DNA of 64,000 nucleotides, from the NCBI GenBank assembly GCA_965223335.1, contig OZ244991.1, positions 1,984,001 through 2,048,000 of the forward strand. The letters are read 5' to 3'. The notes under the pieces are model-generated. The model worked only from the letters and a program-made list of their open reading frames with translations, was not told the origin of the DNA and searched no databases. The stretch comes from Thermodesulfobacteriota bacterium (GTDB lineage Bacteria > Desulfobacterota_D > UBA1144 > Nemesobacterales > UBA2774). Positions 20,921 to 31,061 of this stretch are shown piece by piece; the first letter of the stretch is position 1; the number at the start of each line of letters is the position of its first letter. A program made the translations under genes and the position numbers.

Positions 20921-21766
20921 TTAGCTTTGGTCATACTTGTTTTTCTCAATAAATTTCTCGAACTCTTTGAACGTGTACATGTTATCGAGTGATACTGTAG
21001 AGCTATTAGCACGAAGATGAGTCAGTGCCAATTCTATTGCTTTTGTGGCAGAAAACAGTGCGGTCAATGGGTACACGACAACCTTAAACCCCAAATCCTC
21101 GAGCTGATCAATGCTAACCGGAGGTGTTTTCCCTCCCTCTACCATATTTGCAAAGAGCGGGATCCCAGGGAGTGATGAGGCTATCTTTTCCAGCTCTGCA
21201 ATTGACTCGGGGGCTTCGACGAATATGATGTCGGCACCGGCATCATAATAGCGTTTACCCCTGTCGATTGCCTCTTTTAATCCAAGCGGGGCGCGTGCGT
21301 CGGTACGCCCTATAATCACTAGCCCGTTGTCAGTTGAAATTTTACGAGCGGCGGTAATTTTCCGGGCATGTTCTTGGGCTGGAATGACCTCCTTGCCCTC
21401 AAAGTGACCGCAGCGTTTGGGCCAGACCTGGTCCTCGAGTATTATCCCAGCTATGTCCAACTTAATACACTCCCCAGTGGTTCTCATCACATTGCGGACA
21501 TCACCGTAGCCGGTGTCCATATCGGCAATCACAGGGATATCGACCGTACCCGCAATCCTACCAGAGCCCAAGAGCATATCGGTGGCTGTGAGGTAACCGT
21601 GGTCAGGCAACCCGAGTAGTGATGCCGAGAGCCCAAACCCGCTTGTGAACACAGCCTCGAACCCCACTTTTTCCGCAAGCCGTGCACTGATACAGTCGTA
21701 CACCCCGGGGAGTACTGTAATCGGTTGTTTTTGAAGATGTTCTCTAAAAATCTGACCTTTAGTCAT
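20921..21766 (-). CDS. Isocitrate lyase/PEP mutase family enzyme (PrpB-like)
   Basis: DMDTGYG, EDQ..PKRCGH, GRTDA, NMVEGGKTP. Confidence 0.9.
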   Translation of the reverse strand: MTKGQIFREHLQKQPITVLPGVYDCISARLAEKVGFEAVFTSGFGLSASLLGLPDHGYLTATDMLLGSGRIAGTVDIPVIADMDTGYGDVRNVMRTTGECIKLDIAGIILEDQVWPKRCGHFEGKEVIPAQEHARKITAARKISTDNGLVIIGRTDARAPLGLKEAIDRGKRYYDAGADIIFVEAPESIAELEKIASSLPGIPLFANMVEGGKTPPVSIDQLEDLGFKVVVYPLTALFSATKAIELALTHLRANSSTVSLDNMYTFKEFEKFIEKNKYDQS

Positions 21767-21915
21767 AGTAGTCTCCTAATAGTTGTGCTTAGAAAAATAG
21801 ATCGAGCGGGTAGGAGTGTCAAGAAAAATTGAATCGATTTCAGAGTTGTGATATTTTGTGATTGATAGGGTAGGGTGCGGGCAGCTTATACAACTATAGA
21901 CAGAGGTAGAGCTAA

Positions 21916-22413
21916 GTGGCGAGAAGCGACGAGGGTAAAGCCGAAAAGTCTTCCTCGAGTTATACGACGGAGCTTAAGAGCAAAGACGTTATACAGCTTA
22001 TAGAAGCGCTTGACGGTGTTACACTCGATTACGACCACCTCTATTACTATGAACACACAGGGCTCATAGTGCCCAGCATAAGAAAAGCGCAGGGACGGGG
22101 TATCCCAAAACTCTATTCAATTGAGGATGTTATCGTTCTTAGGTGGCTTGTCTCGCTCCAAAAACGGGGTGTGCCCGTAAGCAGATTCCGTGAGGTGGTT
22201 GATTTCTTGAAAAAAAAGATGCCCGAGGTGCTAAAGAGTCCTCAGAACTGGATGCTGATCACCGACGGCAACACCGTGCAGTTCTTTGATAAGGTCTCTT
22301 CCCGCACTCTGGATGTGCTAAAGGACACGGGGCAGTACCTGTTTCTTTTTCCTGTCGGCAAGGTTGCTGAGCAGAGTGAGCGTGCCGTAAAAGATCTTAA
22401 GCTAAAGAAGTAG
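21916..22413 (+). CDS. MerR-family HTH regulator
   Basis: LYYYEHTGLIVPS...KLYSIEDV wHTH pattern. Confidence 0.8.
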   Translation: MARSDEGKAEKSSSSYTTELKSKDVIQLIEALDGVTLDYDHLYYYEHTGLIVPSIRKAQGRGIPKLYSIEDVIVLRWLVSLQKRGVPVSRFREVVDFLKKKMPEVLKSPQNWMLITDGNTVQFFDKVSSRTLDVLKDTGQYLFLFPVGKVAEQSERAVKDLKLKK

Positions 22414-22427
22414 CCGTCACCACCCAC

Positions 22428-23702
22428 TCATGGCTGTTTATTGTTTTTTGAGTTAGCCAGGGAGCGCTCTCGGGCCGTGCCCTCGGCGATTAGGTCCGGG
22501 ATAGAGGTGAAGGATATGCGCATGGGGGCCGATTGTTTGCCCTCGTACATAGAGCCGAAGTATATGCAGTCCGAGCCGTAACGTTCGTTTATTTTGTCGA
22601 GCGTGTGGGCGAGTGTGTTGCGCTTTTGTTCCTTTGGTAAAAGCGGAGGGGTGGTGTCGGGAGCGGGTGTGAGGTCGTATAGAGTGACCGCCGCACGTAG
22701 AGGTGTTCCGTTGGGTGGTCTCTGTTGCCAGAGCACCGAGAAGGCCTCGATCATGGTCTGGGTGTCTTGGCAACGCCCCAGTTTTACTGACCTCTCCCAG
22801 GTGTGGTGGCGGTCAAAGTAAGAGATCTGCACACCGAGTCTCCCCGCCCAGTACCCGAGTCTCCTTAGCCTTGTCGCGGCCTTGTGTATGAGTTTTATCA
22901 GTACGGACCGGGTTTTGCTCTGGGTCCTCATCTCGGGGGCAAGGACGTGGGAATGCCCCACGGTTCGTCTCTGGGTAGGGGGGTCCTCGATGTCGTGGCC
23001 CCTTAGTAGATGCCACCAGCGCTTGCCCAATACACTGCCCCATACGTCGAATATCTGGTCCTTAGAAAGCGCCCCGAGTTGCTCCACGGTGTTTATACTG
23101 CGTAGCCCTAGGCGTTTAACCATTGCGGGTCCGATGCCGGGGAGGTCGGACAGAGAGAGGGGGCGGAGCGCAGAGGCTATATTGTCCGGGGTTATTATGG
23201 TAAGGCCGTCGGGCTTTTTAAGATTGCTTGCCACCTTTGCAAGGAAACGGTTGGGGCCAAGCCCCACAGAGCAGTGCAGATGCGCCCCGACCCCGGTCCG
23301 TATAGCCTGTTTTATATCCCGGGCAATGGCTAGAGCGTTTAGGGGGTTTCTTTCTCTTCCCAGGAGCACACACGACATCTCGTCTATGGAGTGGACCTCG
23401 TTTATGGGCACAACATCTTTGACTACGGAGACGATCTCGTTGTGGACTTTGATGTAGATGGCGGGGCGTGACTCGACCAGCTCTAGGTCCGGGCAGAGGC
23501 TAAGCGCCTTTTTAACGCTCGTGCCGGTTTTAACCCCCTGTTTTTTGGCCTCGTAGCTGGCAGCTATGCAGCATGTGCCCTCGGTCATGACCGCTACGAC
23601 TGCTATGGGGCGCTCCCTAAGCTCGGGTCTAAGCTCTTGCTCGACCGAGGCGAAGTAAGAGTTCATGTCTAGAAAAAGCCACTTTACGCCAGCACTACCC
23701 AT
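22428..23702 (-). CDS. dinB: Y-family DNA polymerase (Pol IV/DinB-like)
   Basis: DMNSYFASVEQ, AASYEAK, SIDE catalytic motif, KPDG, LPGIG HhH. Confidence 0.88.
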   Translation of the reverse strand: MGSAGVKWLFLDMNSYFASVEQELRPELRERPIAVVAVMTEGTCCIAASYEAKKQGVKTGTSVKKALSLCPDLELVESRPAIYIKVHNEIVSVVKDVVPINEVHSIDEMSCVLLGRERNPLNALAIARDIKQAIRTGVGAHLHCSVGLGPNRFLAKVASNLKKPDGLTIITPDNIASALRPLSLSDLPGIGPAMVKRLGLRSINTVEQLGALSKDQIFDVWGSVLGKRWWHLLRGHDIEDPPTQRRTVGHSHVLAPEMRTQSKTRSVLIKLIHKAATRLRRLGYWAGRLGVQISYFDRHHTWERSVKLGRCQDTQTMIEAFSVLWQQRPPNGTPLRAAVTLYDLTPAPDTTPPLLPKEQKRNTLAHTLDKINERYGSDCIYFGSMYEGKQSAPMRISFTSIPDLIAEGTARERSLANSKNNKQP

Positions 23703-23855
23703 TGTTAAGCCTATTATACATCGGGCCCCGAGACTGTTTAATAGGCGTTTTTATATCGGGGACGGTTTATATAGATATATTGGAAAGTAGGGTTAAAAAA
23801 AGAGAGAGAGGGTGTTAGAATGTGCTAGTATAATTGGGGGGGAGGGCTTAAAACT

Positions 23856-25109
23856 ATGGCCGATTACGAATTTGAGTATCTGATAGTCGGGGCGGGGGTA
23901 TTGGGATCGGCGTGCGCGTATGCGCTTTCAAAGAAGCTCGAGAGCAAGGGCAGGGGGGTGAGTATAGGTGTGGTGGACCTGGACCTCGAGGGTGAGTTCT
24001 CTTCCACGCTTAAAAACGCAGGGGGTGTGAGGGCTACATGGAGAAACAGGGCCAATATAGAGCTTTGTAAGTATTCGATAGATTTCTACGAGACTATAAA
24101 AGACGAGATCAGTTTTAATCAGAAGGGTTATTATTGGATGCACGGGGAGAGGTCGTGGGAGGAAATAAATAAAAACCACCTTATATATGAAGAATACGGG
24201 CTAGATGTTTCGCTGCACCGTACGCAAGAGATACCGGATTACCTGCCGTTTGTACATAATTTTAAGGGGATAGACGGGCTCTCGATATCGAGGACTGCCG
24301 GGCTCATAGATCATTATTCACTACGTGAATATTACAGAAAACAGGCTCGTTCTAGGGGGGTGGAGTTTTTAAATAGGCGGTATGTAAAGGATATTCATCT
24401 GAAAAACAATAGGGTGTATGAGCTTGAAGCCTATGATATGAGAAGTGTGCGGGGTGCGGCTAACATTGAGGCAGTGCTAAAGGACCCGGGCGCTGCTAAA
24501 CAGTACGGTGTAAATAAATACAGATGTGACGTGCTTATAAACACAGCAGGGGCCTGGGCGCCCTACATCTCGCTGCTATACGGGTTTGAGGACGAGATGA
24601 TAAAGCCACGCCGCCGTCAGATGGTAGTCATAAAATGCCCCGACATTGACCTCTCGGACTATGGGATGATTGTAGATACCTCGCTGGTCTATTTCCATAA
24701 GGAAGCCGAAAATATTTTAGCGGGCTACTCGAACATGGATGAGCCCTATGGCTATAACTTTGATTTCAGCTTCGGGGGCATGGATACAAACAGCGTGTTT
24801 GTAAAATACATTTGGGAACCGCTCTACGCTAGAATTAAGGATTTTGAGAGGGTAAAGCTGGTAAGGGGCTGGGCAGGGGTGTATGCGGAAACGCCCGACC
24901 GCTCGGGCTATATCGGCAGGGTGCCGGGGTTTGAGAACGTTTATGAGTGTGCAGGGCATACCGGCAGGGGGCTTATGATCTCGTACGGTGCGGGCAGTGC
25001 CATGGCAGAGCTTATTGTTGACGGGGAACTTGGTACAGAGCTAAGTAGAGCAGTGGATTTATCGCGTGAGCGGCCCTCTGGGAACCAGTACGAGGGACTT
25101 CACTTGTAG
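23856..25109 (+). CDS. FAD-dependent oxidoreductase (DAO/sarcosine oxidase beta-like)
   Basis: GAGVLG, NAGG, AGAW, GWAG...TPD, GHTGRG. Confidence 0.88.
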   Translation: MADYEFEYLIVGAGVLGSACAYALSKKLESKGRGVSIGVVDLDLEGEFSSTLKNAGGVRATWRNRANIELCKYSIDFYETIKDEISFNQKGYYWMHGERSWEEINKNHLIYEEYGLDVSLHRTQEIPDYLPFVHNFKGIDGLSISRTAGLIDHYSLREYYRKQARSRGVEFLNRRYVKDIHLKNNRVYELEAYDMRSVRGAANIEAVLKDPGAAKQYGVNKYRCDVLINTAGAWAPYISLLYGFEDEMIKPRRRQMVVIKCPDIDLSDYGMIVDTSLVYFHKEAENILAGYSNMDEPYGYNFDFSFGGMDTNSVFVKYIWEPLYARIKDFERVKLVRGWAGVYAETPDRSGYIGRVPGFENVYECAGHTGRGLMISYGAGSAMAELIVDGELGTELSRAVDLSRERPSGNQYEGLHL

Positions 25110-25123
25110 ATCCGTGCCGCAAA

Positions 25124-25444
25124 TTAGATCTCTATCTTTATGGAATCTCCATCCAATACCACATTATAAGCGCTCACACCCTCTTCGGCTGGGGGAGACA
25201 GGGCATCGCCGGTCTTTATGCTGAACTCGGCTCCGTGCCAGGGGCATATTACGTTGTCTCCTTCAATCTCACCCTCGCATAAGGGGCCGCCTACATGAGA
25301 GCACTCGTTGTCGATTGCATAGTACTCGCCGTCACAGTTAAAAAGTGCGATCTCTTTATCCTCTATCTCTATTAACTTTGCAGTGCCGGGTTCTATCTCG
25401 CCCACCTTTGCTACTTCTACCAAATTTCCCATATTATTACCCAT
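25124..25444 (-). CDS. Rieske [2Fe-2S] ferredoxin
   Basis: CSH...CPWHG motifs. Confidence 0.93.
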   Translation of the reverse strand: MGNNMGNLVEVAKVGEIEPGTAKLIEIEDKEIALFNCDGEYYAIDNECSHVGGPLCEGEIEGDNVICPWHGAEFSIKTGDALSPPAEEGVSAYNVVLDGDSIKIEI

Positions 25445-25519
25445 CCTCTGAGAGTTTATAGTTTTATATCTTGTTTTAGCGATTTATGCAAGGGGGCGCG
25501 TAAGGCTTGTAACTCATTG

Positions 25520-25837
25520 TTAATAATCAAGAAACTCTATGGCTTCTTCGAATTCCTCGGCCATAGTGGGGTGGCCGTGTTTTGTTGCCGCTTCTATGCC
25601 TTTTTTGTAGGCGGCTTTTGCGTTATCAGTGTCTCCCAACTCTGTATGGCATTGTGCCAGCATACGGTAAGCAGCACCTTCGTCGTCTTTTATACCGAGG
25701 TATTTGTTGAGCTGAGCTACAGCTTCATCGAACATCTTGAGTTTAAAATACTCGTTTGCAAGCCCATATCTGGCGAGCGGGTTCTCGGGGTCTTTATTTA
25801 CCATTGCCTTGAGCATCTCAAGTTTGTTATCGGCCAT
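25520..25837 (-). CDS. TPR repeat protein
   Basis: Two TPR-like helical repeats (ARYGLA, AYRMLA). Confidence 0.8.
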   Translation of the reverse strand: MADNKLEMLKAMVNKDPENPLARYGLANEYFKLKMFDEAVAQLNKYLGIKDDEGAAYRMLAQCHTELGDTDNAKAAYKKGIEAATKHGHPTMAEEFEEAIEFLDY

Positions 25838-26050
25838 ATTGCTAATATGAATTCATAATTTTGGTTTCGATCAATTCGGTTAAGTTTATATATTATATGG
25901 AACTAGACTAGTTGTTACAATTATAAACATTGTCTAAGTGGCTTATATATACATATCATATTGTCTTGTTTTGTTGACAATATTTACTGCTTGGTGATAT
26001 TATTCAGTTATTTACGAGAGTTCCAATGCTGTCTTAAAGGAGGATGTTAT

Positions 26051-26992
26051 ATGAGAAGGCTAGGGATAGTCGCAGCGATTAACCTTGTTTTATTGATTGG
26101 GTCCGTTTTCTTAATTGTGTCGTGTGGTAACAGCAACCGAGGAAATAATAACGGGACTATTAACGGCAGGGTGCTGGATGTGTTTTCTCTCGTTAAGTAC
26201 ACACCTACTAGGGAAAAATCAGTCTTTGAAAAGTTTAAAACCGTATTAAATCCTATACCGGACGCGAGAGCTCAAACCGGTGTGCCCGGTATCGAGGTGC
26301 AGTTGATAAGCCCCGAGGGTTTTATCCAGGCTACCACGGTTACAGGTAACGATGGGAACTTCAATTTCTCGAGGGTTGAGGCACGTAACAACTATGAGAT
26401 AAGGTTTCTTACCTCGCCCGCACTATCGATAATTATAGATGTTGTGAAGAACAGCAATGTCATATTGGATGTTGACCTTAACCTGATAGGGCAGAGTGTG
26501 ATAATTGAGAATTATGAATTTGTAGTGAACAGGCCTATAACTCTTGTAGCCAATGAGACGTTTGTATTGGATGACAGTCGAATTACACGCTTTTCTGTAA
26601 ACGGGCAGGCAGGCCGCTCGTGCATAAGGGCTACGGACTTTACAGTAGTGGATATAGATGTCGGCGGCTCGATAGAGATGATTGGTTGTCAAGACGCAGT
26701 AGTGGGGCTCAAAAGGTCTGATATAAGTCTTAGTGCTGACGGTATCATGACAATTTTAATCAGTGCTAACCAGTTTGGCATTATCGGGGAAGGCGACACG
26801 GTGATTGTTCTTGACAGCCCCGATATAAGAGTGACCGGGGGCCAGACGGGCATATTCGCAAGGAATAATGCTGTTGTATCGCTTTTGTTTTCTGACACCT
26901 GCATAGTGGAGGGTTTACAAAATATTGCGGTGGAGACTCTTGGGCTTGCGGATGTTAATGTAGAGGGCTGCACGCTTATAGACGGGATATAG
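26051..26992 (+). CDS. Putative lipoprotein with carboxypeptidase-regulatory-like (Ig) domain and beta-rich C-terminus
   Basis: AAAGGAGG SD before ATG 26051, lipobox IVSC, GTINGRV...TGNDGNFNF. Confidence 0.65.
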   Translation: MRRLGIVAAINLVLLIGSVFLIVSCGNSNRGNNNGTINGRVLDVFSLVKYTPTREKSVFEKFKTVLNPIPDARAQTGVPGIEVQLISPEGFIQATTVTGNDGNFNFSRVEARNNYEIRFLTSPALSIIIDVVKNSNVILDVDLNLIGQSVIIENYEFVVNRPITLVANETFVLDDSRITRFSVNGQAGRSCIRATDFTVVDIDVGGSIEMIGCQDAVVGLKRSDISLSADGIMTILISANQFGIIGEGDTVIVLDSPDIRVTGGQTGIFARNNAVVSLLFSDTCIVEGLQNIAVETLGLADVNVEGCTLIDGI

Positions 26993-27157
26993 AAGAGTCT
27001 CGGTCTAGTGACATTTCAGCTAATTCTGATAGTATAAAACCGTCTTAAAAAATAGCCGTTTCGTGGTTATTAACCTATTCTTATATTTAACACAATTATA
27101 CATTGGCGGTTGTTCATGTTTACTAGTATTTTAAGGTTTTTATATAATTTGGTTGCC

Positions 27158-27646
27158 GTGAAGCAGTATCTGTTGTTTTCGGGGCTCTTCTTTGTAATGA
27201 CCGCTGTTGTAATGATTTATACAGACCACCTGCTACGTCCATCGGGCTGCCCCGGGCCGTTTTCACTCCAGCTGGCTTTTACGCTCGATAAGTTCAACGA
27301 TATTCTACGGGCCTGTGGGGAGAAGGGCGTACGCTACCATCTCATAATCCTTTGGATTGATTATATATTTTTGCTGGCCTACAGCGGATTCTTGGCAAAC
27401 CTGGTCGGCTCACTCGTGCCTAGGGAGGATGAAGGGTGGGCCCTCAAACTATTTTCGTTACCTGTAATTGCCGGGGTACTGGATATTGTTGAAAACACCT
27501 TGTTGCTTGTATTGGTTCAAAATCCTTTATGGGCATCTACGGCAGCAATAACATTTGTGTCGTTGATTGCGTTAATTAAATTCCTATGTGTAATCCTTAG
27601 CATTCTAGTAATTATCTATTATCTCTACCGATTGGTTGCGGATTAG
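27158..27646 (+). CDS. Hypothetical membrane protein (about 4 TM)
   Basis: Hydrophobic segments with DYIFLLAY and DIVEN; start uncertain (27110 or 27158). Confidence 0.6.
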   Translation: MKQYLLFSGLFFVMTAVVMIYTDHLLRPSGCPGPFSLQLAFTLDKFNDILRACGEKGVRYHLIILWIDYIFLLAYSGFLANLVGSLVPREDEGWALKLFSLPVIAGVLDIVENTLLLVLVQNPLWASTAAITFVSLIALIKFLCVILSILVIIYYLYRLVAD

Positions 27647-28752
27647 TTGTTCTTACCCGAGTAAGTGATCTTGTAGATCTTGCCGGCTTTATCATCCGAT
27701 ACATATAGCCCACCGTCTTGGGATGTTACAACATCGACTGGTCTGCCCCATGCAACCTTGTCATTTACAAGCCACCCCGAGGCAAAGTCTTGTAAGTCCT
27801 TAGGTTTGTTGCCGTCCATTTTGATGCGTACGACTTTGTAACCTGTTGGGACTGAGCGGTTCCATGACCCGTGGTACGCGACAAAAAGATCACCCTTGTA
27901 CTTGCTGGGGAACATATCACCCGTGTAGAATTCGAGGCCGAGTGGGGCTGAGTGCGCCTGTAGTTTATATACGGGGTCAACAGTGGACTCGCAGCGGGCT
28001 TTATCGTCATATTTGGGGTCGGGTATATTATCCCCATAACAGTAAGGCCAGCCATAGTCTTTTTTATCTTTGACGATGTTGATTTCGTCGGGCGGCAGGT
28101 CGTCGCCCAACCAGTCGCGTCCATTGTCCGTTGCCCACATTTCCCCTGTATCGGGATGAAATCTAATGCCTACAGAGTTTCTAAGCCCCTTGGCATACAC
28201 CCTGCCGTTAGAGCCATCCGGATCATACTGCATTATAGTCGCACGTGTTTCGTTGCGCTCTTCACAAACATTGCAGGACGAGCCGATCGAGACATACATC
28301 TTTCCATCGTCCCCAAAACCAACCGTGCGCGTGAAGTGGCCCTTTGTGGGGATATCGGGGATTAATATCTCTTTTCGGCCCGGTTTCTTTTGGTATCCAT
28401 CGTATTTAAAGCGTACGATCTGGTCTATTTCTCCTATATATAAGTAGCCGTCGTGAAAAGCGATACCGTGGGGTCTCTTGAGATCGTCCAGATATATAAC
28501 CGCACTGTCCGCCGTGTTTTTGTCTTTTGTGGAGGGTAGTGCGAGTACACGACCACCTGTAATATCCGTTGTAAACAGCACTCCATCGGGGCTAAGAGCC
28601 ATGAATCTGGGTGATCCCAGGTCACCTGCAAACTCGTTTATCTTGAATCCGGACGGCAGATCAACATTGATCTCAGATGCATATATTGGTACGGATAATA
28701 TATTAATAATAACAGTAAATAACAATACATAGCTAATGTTGTGCTTTACCAT
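27643..28752 (-). CDS. PQQ-dependent sugar/sorbosone dehydrogenase family beta-propeller
   Basis: Signal peptide, GSSCNVC, GLRN, YGWPYC, AHSAPLG, HGSWNR, GRPVDV. Confidence 0.9.
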   Translation of the reverse strand: MVKHNISYVLLFTVIINILSVPIYASEINVDLPSGFKINEFAGDLGSPRFMALSPDGVLFTTDITGGRVLALPSTKDKNTADSAVIYLDDLKRPHGIAFHDGYLYIGEIDQIVRFKYDGYQKKPGRKEILIPDIPTKGHFTRTVGFGDDGKMYVSIGSSCNVCEERNETRATIMQYDPDGSNGRVYAKGLRNSVGIRFHPDTGEMWATDNGRDWLGDDLPPDEINIVKDKKDYGWPYCYGDNIPDPKYDDKARCESTVDPVYKLQAHSAPLGLEFYTGDMFPSKYKGDLFVAYHGSWNRSVPTGYKVVRIKMDGNKPKDLQDFASGWLVNDKVAWGRPVDVVTSQDGGLYVSDDKAGKIYKITYSGKNN

Positions 28753-28779
28753 AGATAGCTCTCCGAAAATAGTATCAAT

Positions 28780-29433
28780 CTATTGTATCAACTTTTTTCC
28801 GAACACGTCTGAGAAGGATTTAATAACACTATTTTCTACATCTGACATATTTATATCATGATCTGTTTTTACCCAGTCTTTAATCGATGTCATCTGAACC
28901 TGGTCAAGCCCGCAAGGGATGATCATATCGAAAAATGAGAGGTCTGTATTGACGTTTAATGCAAAGCCGTGATATGTGACCCATCTCTTGATACCCACAC
29001 CGATAGAAGCAATCTTGCGGCGTTTTACCCACACGCCCACAACACCGTCGAGTCTGCGTGCCTGGATGTCAAAATCGCTGAGCGTCCGAACAATGGTGTT
29101 CTCAAGGTTAGTTACGTATTTTCTGACGTCGCGTCTCATGAGTTTTAGATCCATGATGGGGTAGCCGACAAGTTGACCCGGGCCGTGAAATGTGATGTCG
29201 CCTCCGCGTCCAATTCTCTCGAAATGTATACCCTTTTGGTCTAAGTACTCTTTGCTTGCAAGCAGGTTATGGGCCTTGCCGCTGCGCCCGATGGTGATGG
29301 TGGGGGGGTGTTGGAGGAGTAGGAGAGTGTCGGGGATGGAGCCTTGTTGCCGCTGTTTAAGGAGTGACATCTGTAGATCGAGGGCCTCGGTATAAGGTAC
29401 CGTGCCGAGTTTAATAAGACGCACACTGCTCAT
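28780..29433 (-). CDS. lipB: Octanoyltransferase
   Basis: RGGDITFHGPGQLVGY, KIASIG, HGFALN, IIPCG. Confidence 0.96.
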   Translation of the reverse strand: MSSVRLIKLGTVPYTEALDLQMSLLKQRQQGSIPDTLLLLQHPPTITIGRSGKAHNLLASKEYLDQKGIHFERIGRGGDITFHGPGQLVGYPIMDLKLMRRDVRKYVTNLENTIVRTLSDFDIQARRLDGVVGVWVKRRKIASIGVGIKRWVTYHGFALNVNTDLSFFDMIIPCGLDQVQMTSIKDWVKTDHDINMSDVENSVIKSFSDVFGKKLIQ

Positions 29434-29463
29434 AAATATATTATGCCTGGATGATAGTGGGAA

Positions 29464-30897
29464 TTATATATTTCTGGCCCGGCCGAGTGCGGCAAGCGCC
29501 GCTTCCATGACTGCTTCGGATAGTGTGGGGTGTGCGTGTGATGTAATAGCGATCTCAAGGGGTGTGGACTCGAGTGTACGGGCTACAGCTATCTCGCCAA
29601 TTAGCTCCGTAGCGCCGTGCCCTATGATATGGGCACCCAGGATCTCGCCAGTGTCCTTGTTGGAAAGTATTTTAACAAAGCCGTCTGTTTCCCCTGTACC
29701 GACTGCTTTGCCGGCTGCCTTAAAGGGGAACTTGCCTACACTATAGTTATGGTTTTGGCTCTTTAGCTCTTGTTCTGTGTGTCCGAGCATCGCTATTTCG
29801 GGCTGGCAGTACACACATCCAGGGATGTTGTTGTAGTGAACCCTGGTATTTTGCCCTGCCATCCTCTCTACGGCTACTACACCCTCTTCCGAGGCTTTGT
29901 GGGCCAGTAGCGGGGGGCCGATAACGTCACCAATGGCAAAAATATTGTCTTTTGTGGTCCTGTATGATTCGTCGGTTTTGATAAATCCGCGTTCATCGAC
30001 CTCGACACCGACCTCACTGAGCCCAATGTCTTTGGATTTTTTGTAGTAGCTAAACGATGATGGGGCGTCGTTTGCTACCGGTCTGCGTCCTATTGCCACC
30101 AAGACCATATCTGCGGGGATTGAGGACTCTTTTTCACTATCGATGTTCTCTACTATGACCTCAACTCCTGACTTTTTCTTTTTAATCTCTTTGTATTTGG
30201 TTTTGGTAAAGATATCGAGCCCGCTCTTTTTGAACAGTCGGCCGAGCTCTTTGGAAATATCCTGGTCTGCGCCTGGTACCAGGCTATCCATCATCTCCAC
30301 AATGGTTACTTTGCTTCCGAACGAGTTGTATACATATGCGAACTCAACACCTATGTAACCGCCGCCTATGATGACAACGGACTTGGGTACCTCTCGGTGC
30401 ATTATGGCCTCGTCGCTGGTCATAACGACTTTGCCGTCGATATCTAGCCCGGGGAGTGTTATGGGGACTGACCCGGTGGCGATTAGAATTTTGTCGGAGG
30501 ATATCTCTAGCTCGCCGGATTCGCCTTTAATACCCACGTTATTGGGGGTGATTATCCTGCCCACACCTTGGAAGAATTTCACCTTATTTTTTTTGAATAG
30601 GTACTCAACACCTTTGTTTAGGGTGGATGAGGCATTTCTACTCTTATCGATCACCTTGCCGTAATCATAGCTGAGGCCCTTATGCGTGATGCCGAAGTTT
30701 TCCGAGTGCTGGAAGTATTGATATACCTCGGCGCTCTTTAGTATGGATTTCGATGGTATGCAGCCCCAGTTAAGACATACACCTCCGGGTCTGTCCCGCT
30801 CTATAATTGCGACGTTCATCCCCAATTGAGACGCCCTTACTGCTGCAATGTACCCACCGGGGCCTGAACCTATAATTGTAAGATCAAATTTGTCCAT
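29464..30897 (-). CDS. lpdA: Dihydrolipoamide dehydrogenase, copy 1
   Basis: GSGPGG, GGVCLNWGCIP, HPTLSE. Start placed at ATG 30897 because the ATG at 30906 overlaps the -10 box. Confidence 0.95.
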   Translation of the reverse strand: MDKFDLTIIGSGPGGYIAAVRASQLGMNVAIIERDRPGGVCLNWGCIPSKSILKSAEVYQYFQHSENFGITHKGLSYDYGKVIDKSRNASSTLNKGVEYLFKKNKVKFFQGVGRIITPNNVGIKGESGELEISSDKILIATGSVPITLPGLDIDGKVVMTSDEAIMHREVPKSVVIIGGGYIGVEFAYVYNSFGSKVTIVEMMDSLVPGADQDISKELGRLFKKSGLDIFTKTKYKEIKKKKSGVEVIVENIDSEKESSIPADMVLVAIGRRPVANDAPSSFSYYKKSKDIGLSEVGVEVDERGFIKTDESYRTTKDNIFAIGDVIGPPLLAHKASEEGVVAVERMAGQNTRVHYNNIPGCVYCQPEIAMLGHTEQELKSQNHNYSVGKFPFKAAGKAVGTGETDGFVKILSNKDTGEILGAHIIGHGATELIGEIAVARTLESTPLEIAITSHAHPTLSEAVMEAALAALGRARNI

Positions 30898-30904
30898 TGA
30901 TGCC

Positions 30905-30932
30905 ATTATATATTTTCAGAGGTCAGTGTCAA
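30905..30932 (-). promoter_or_regulatory. Consensus sigma70 promoter TTGACA-N16-TATAAT of lpdA-lipB
   Basis: Both hexamers are perfect consensus; the -10 ends 7 nt before ATG 30897. Confidence 0.75.
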
Positions 30933-31061
30933 TCATTACACTTAGAATAGGGGTATATTAAAAGACACTTGAACTGTATATTTACAAATTGACTAGCCTT
31001 GCCCGTGTGCGATACAATTTAATAGAGGCATAGTTAATAAACATAACGCTTGTGGGCTGAC

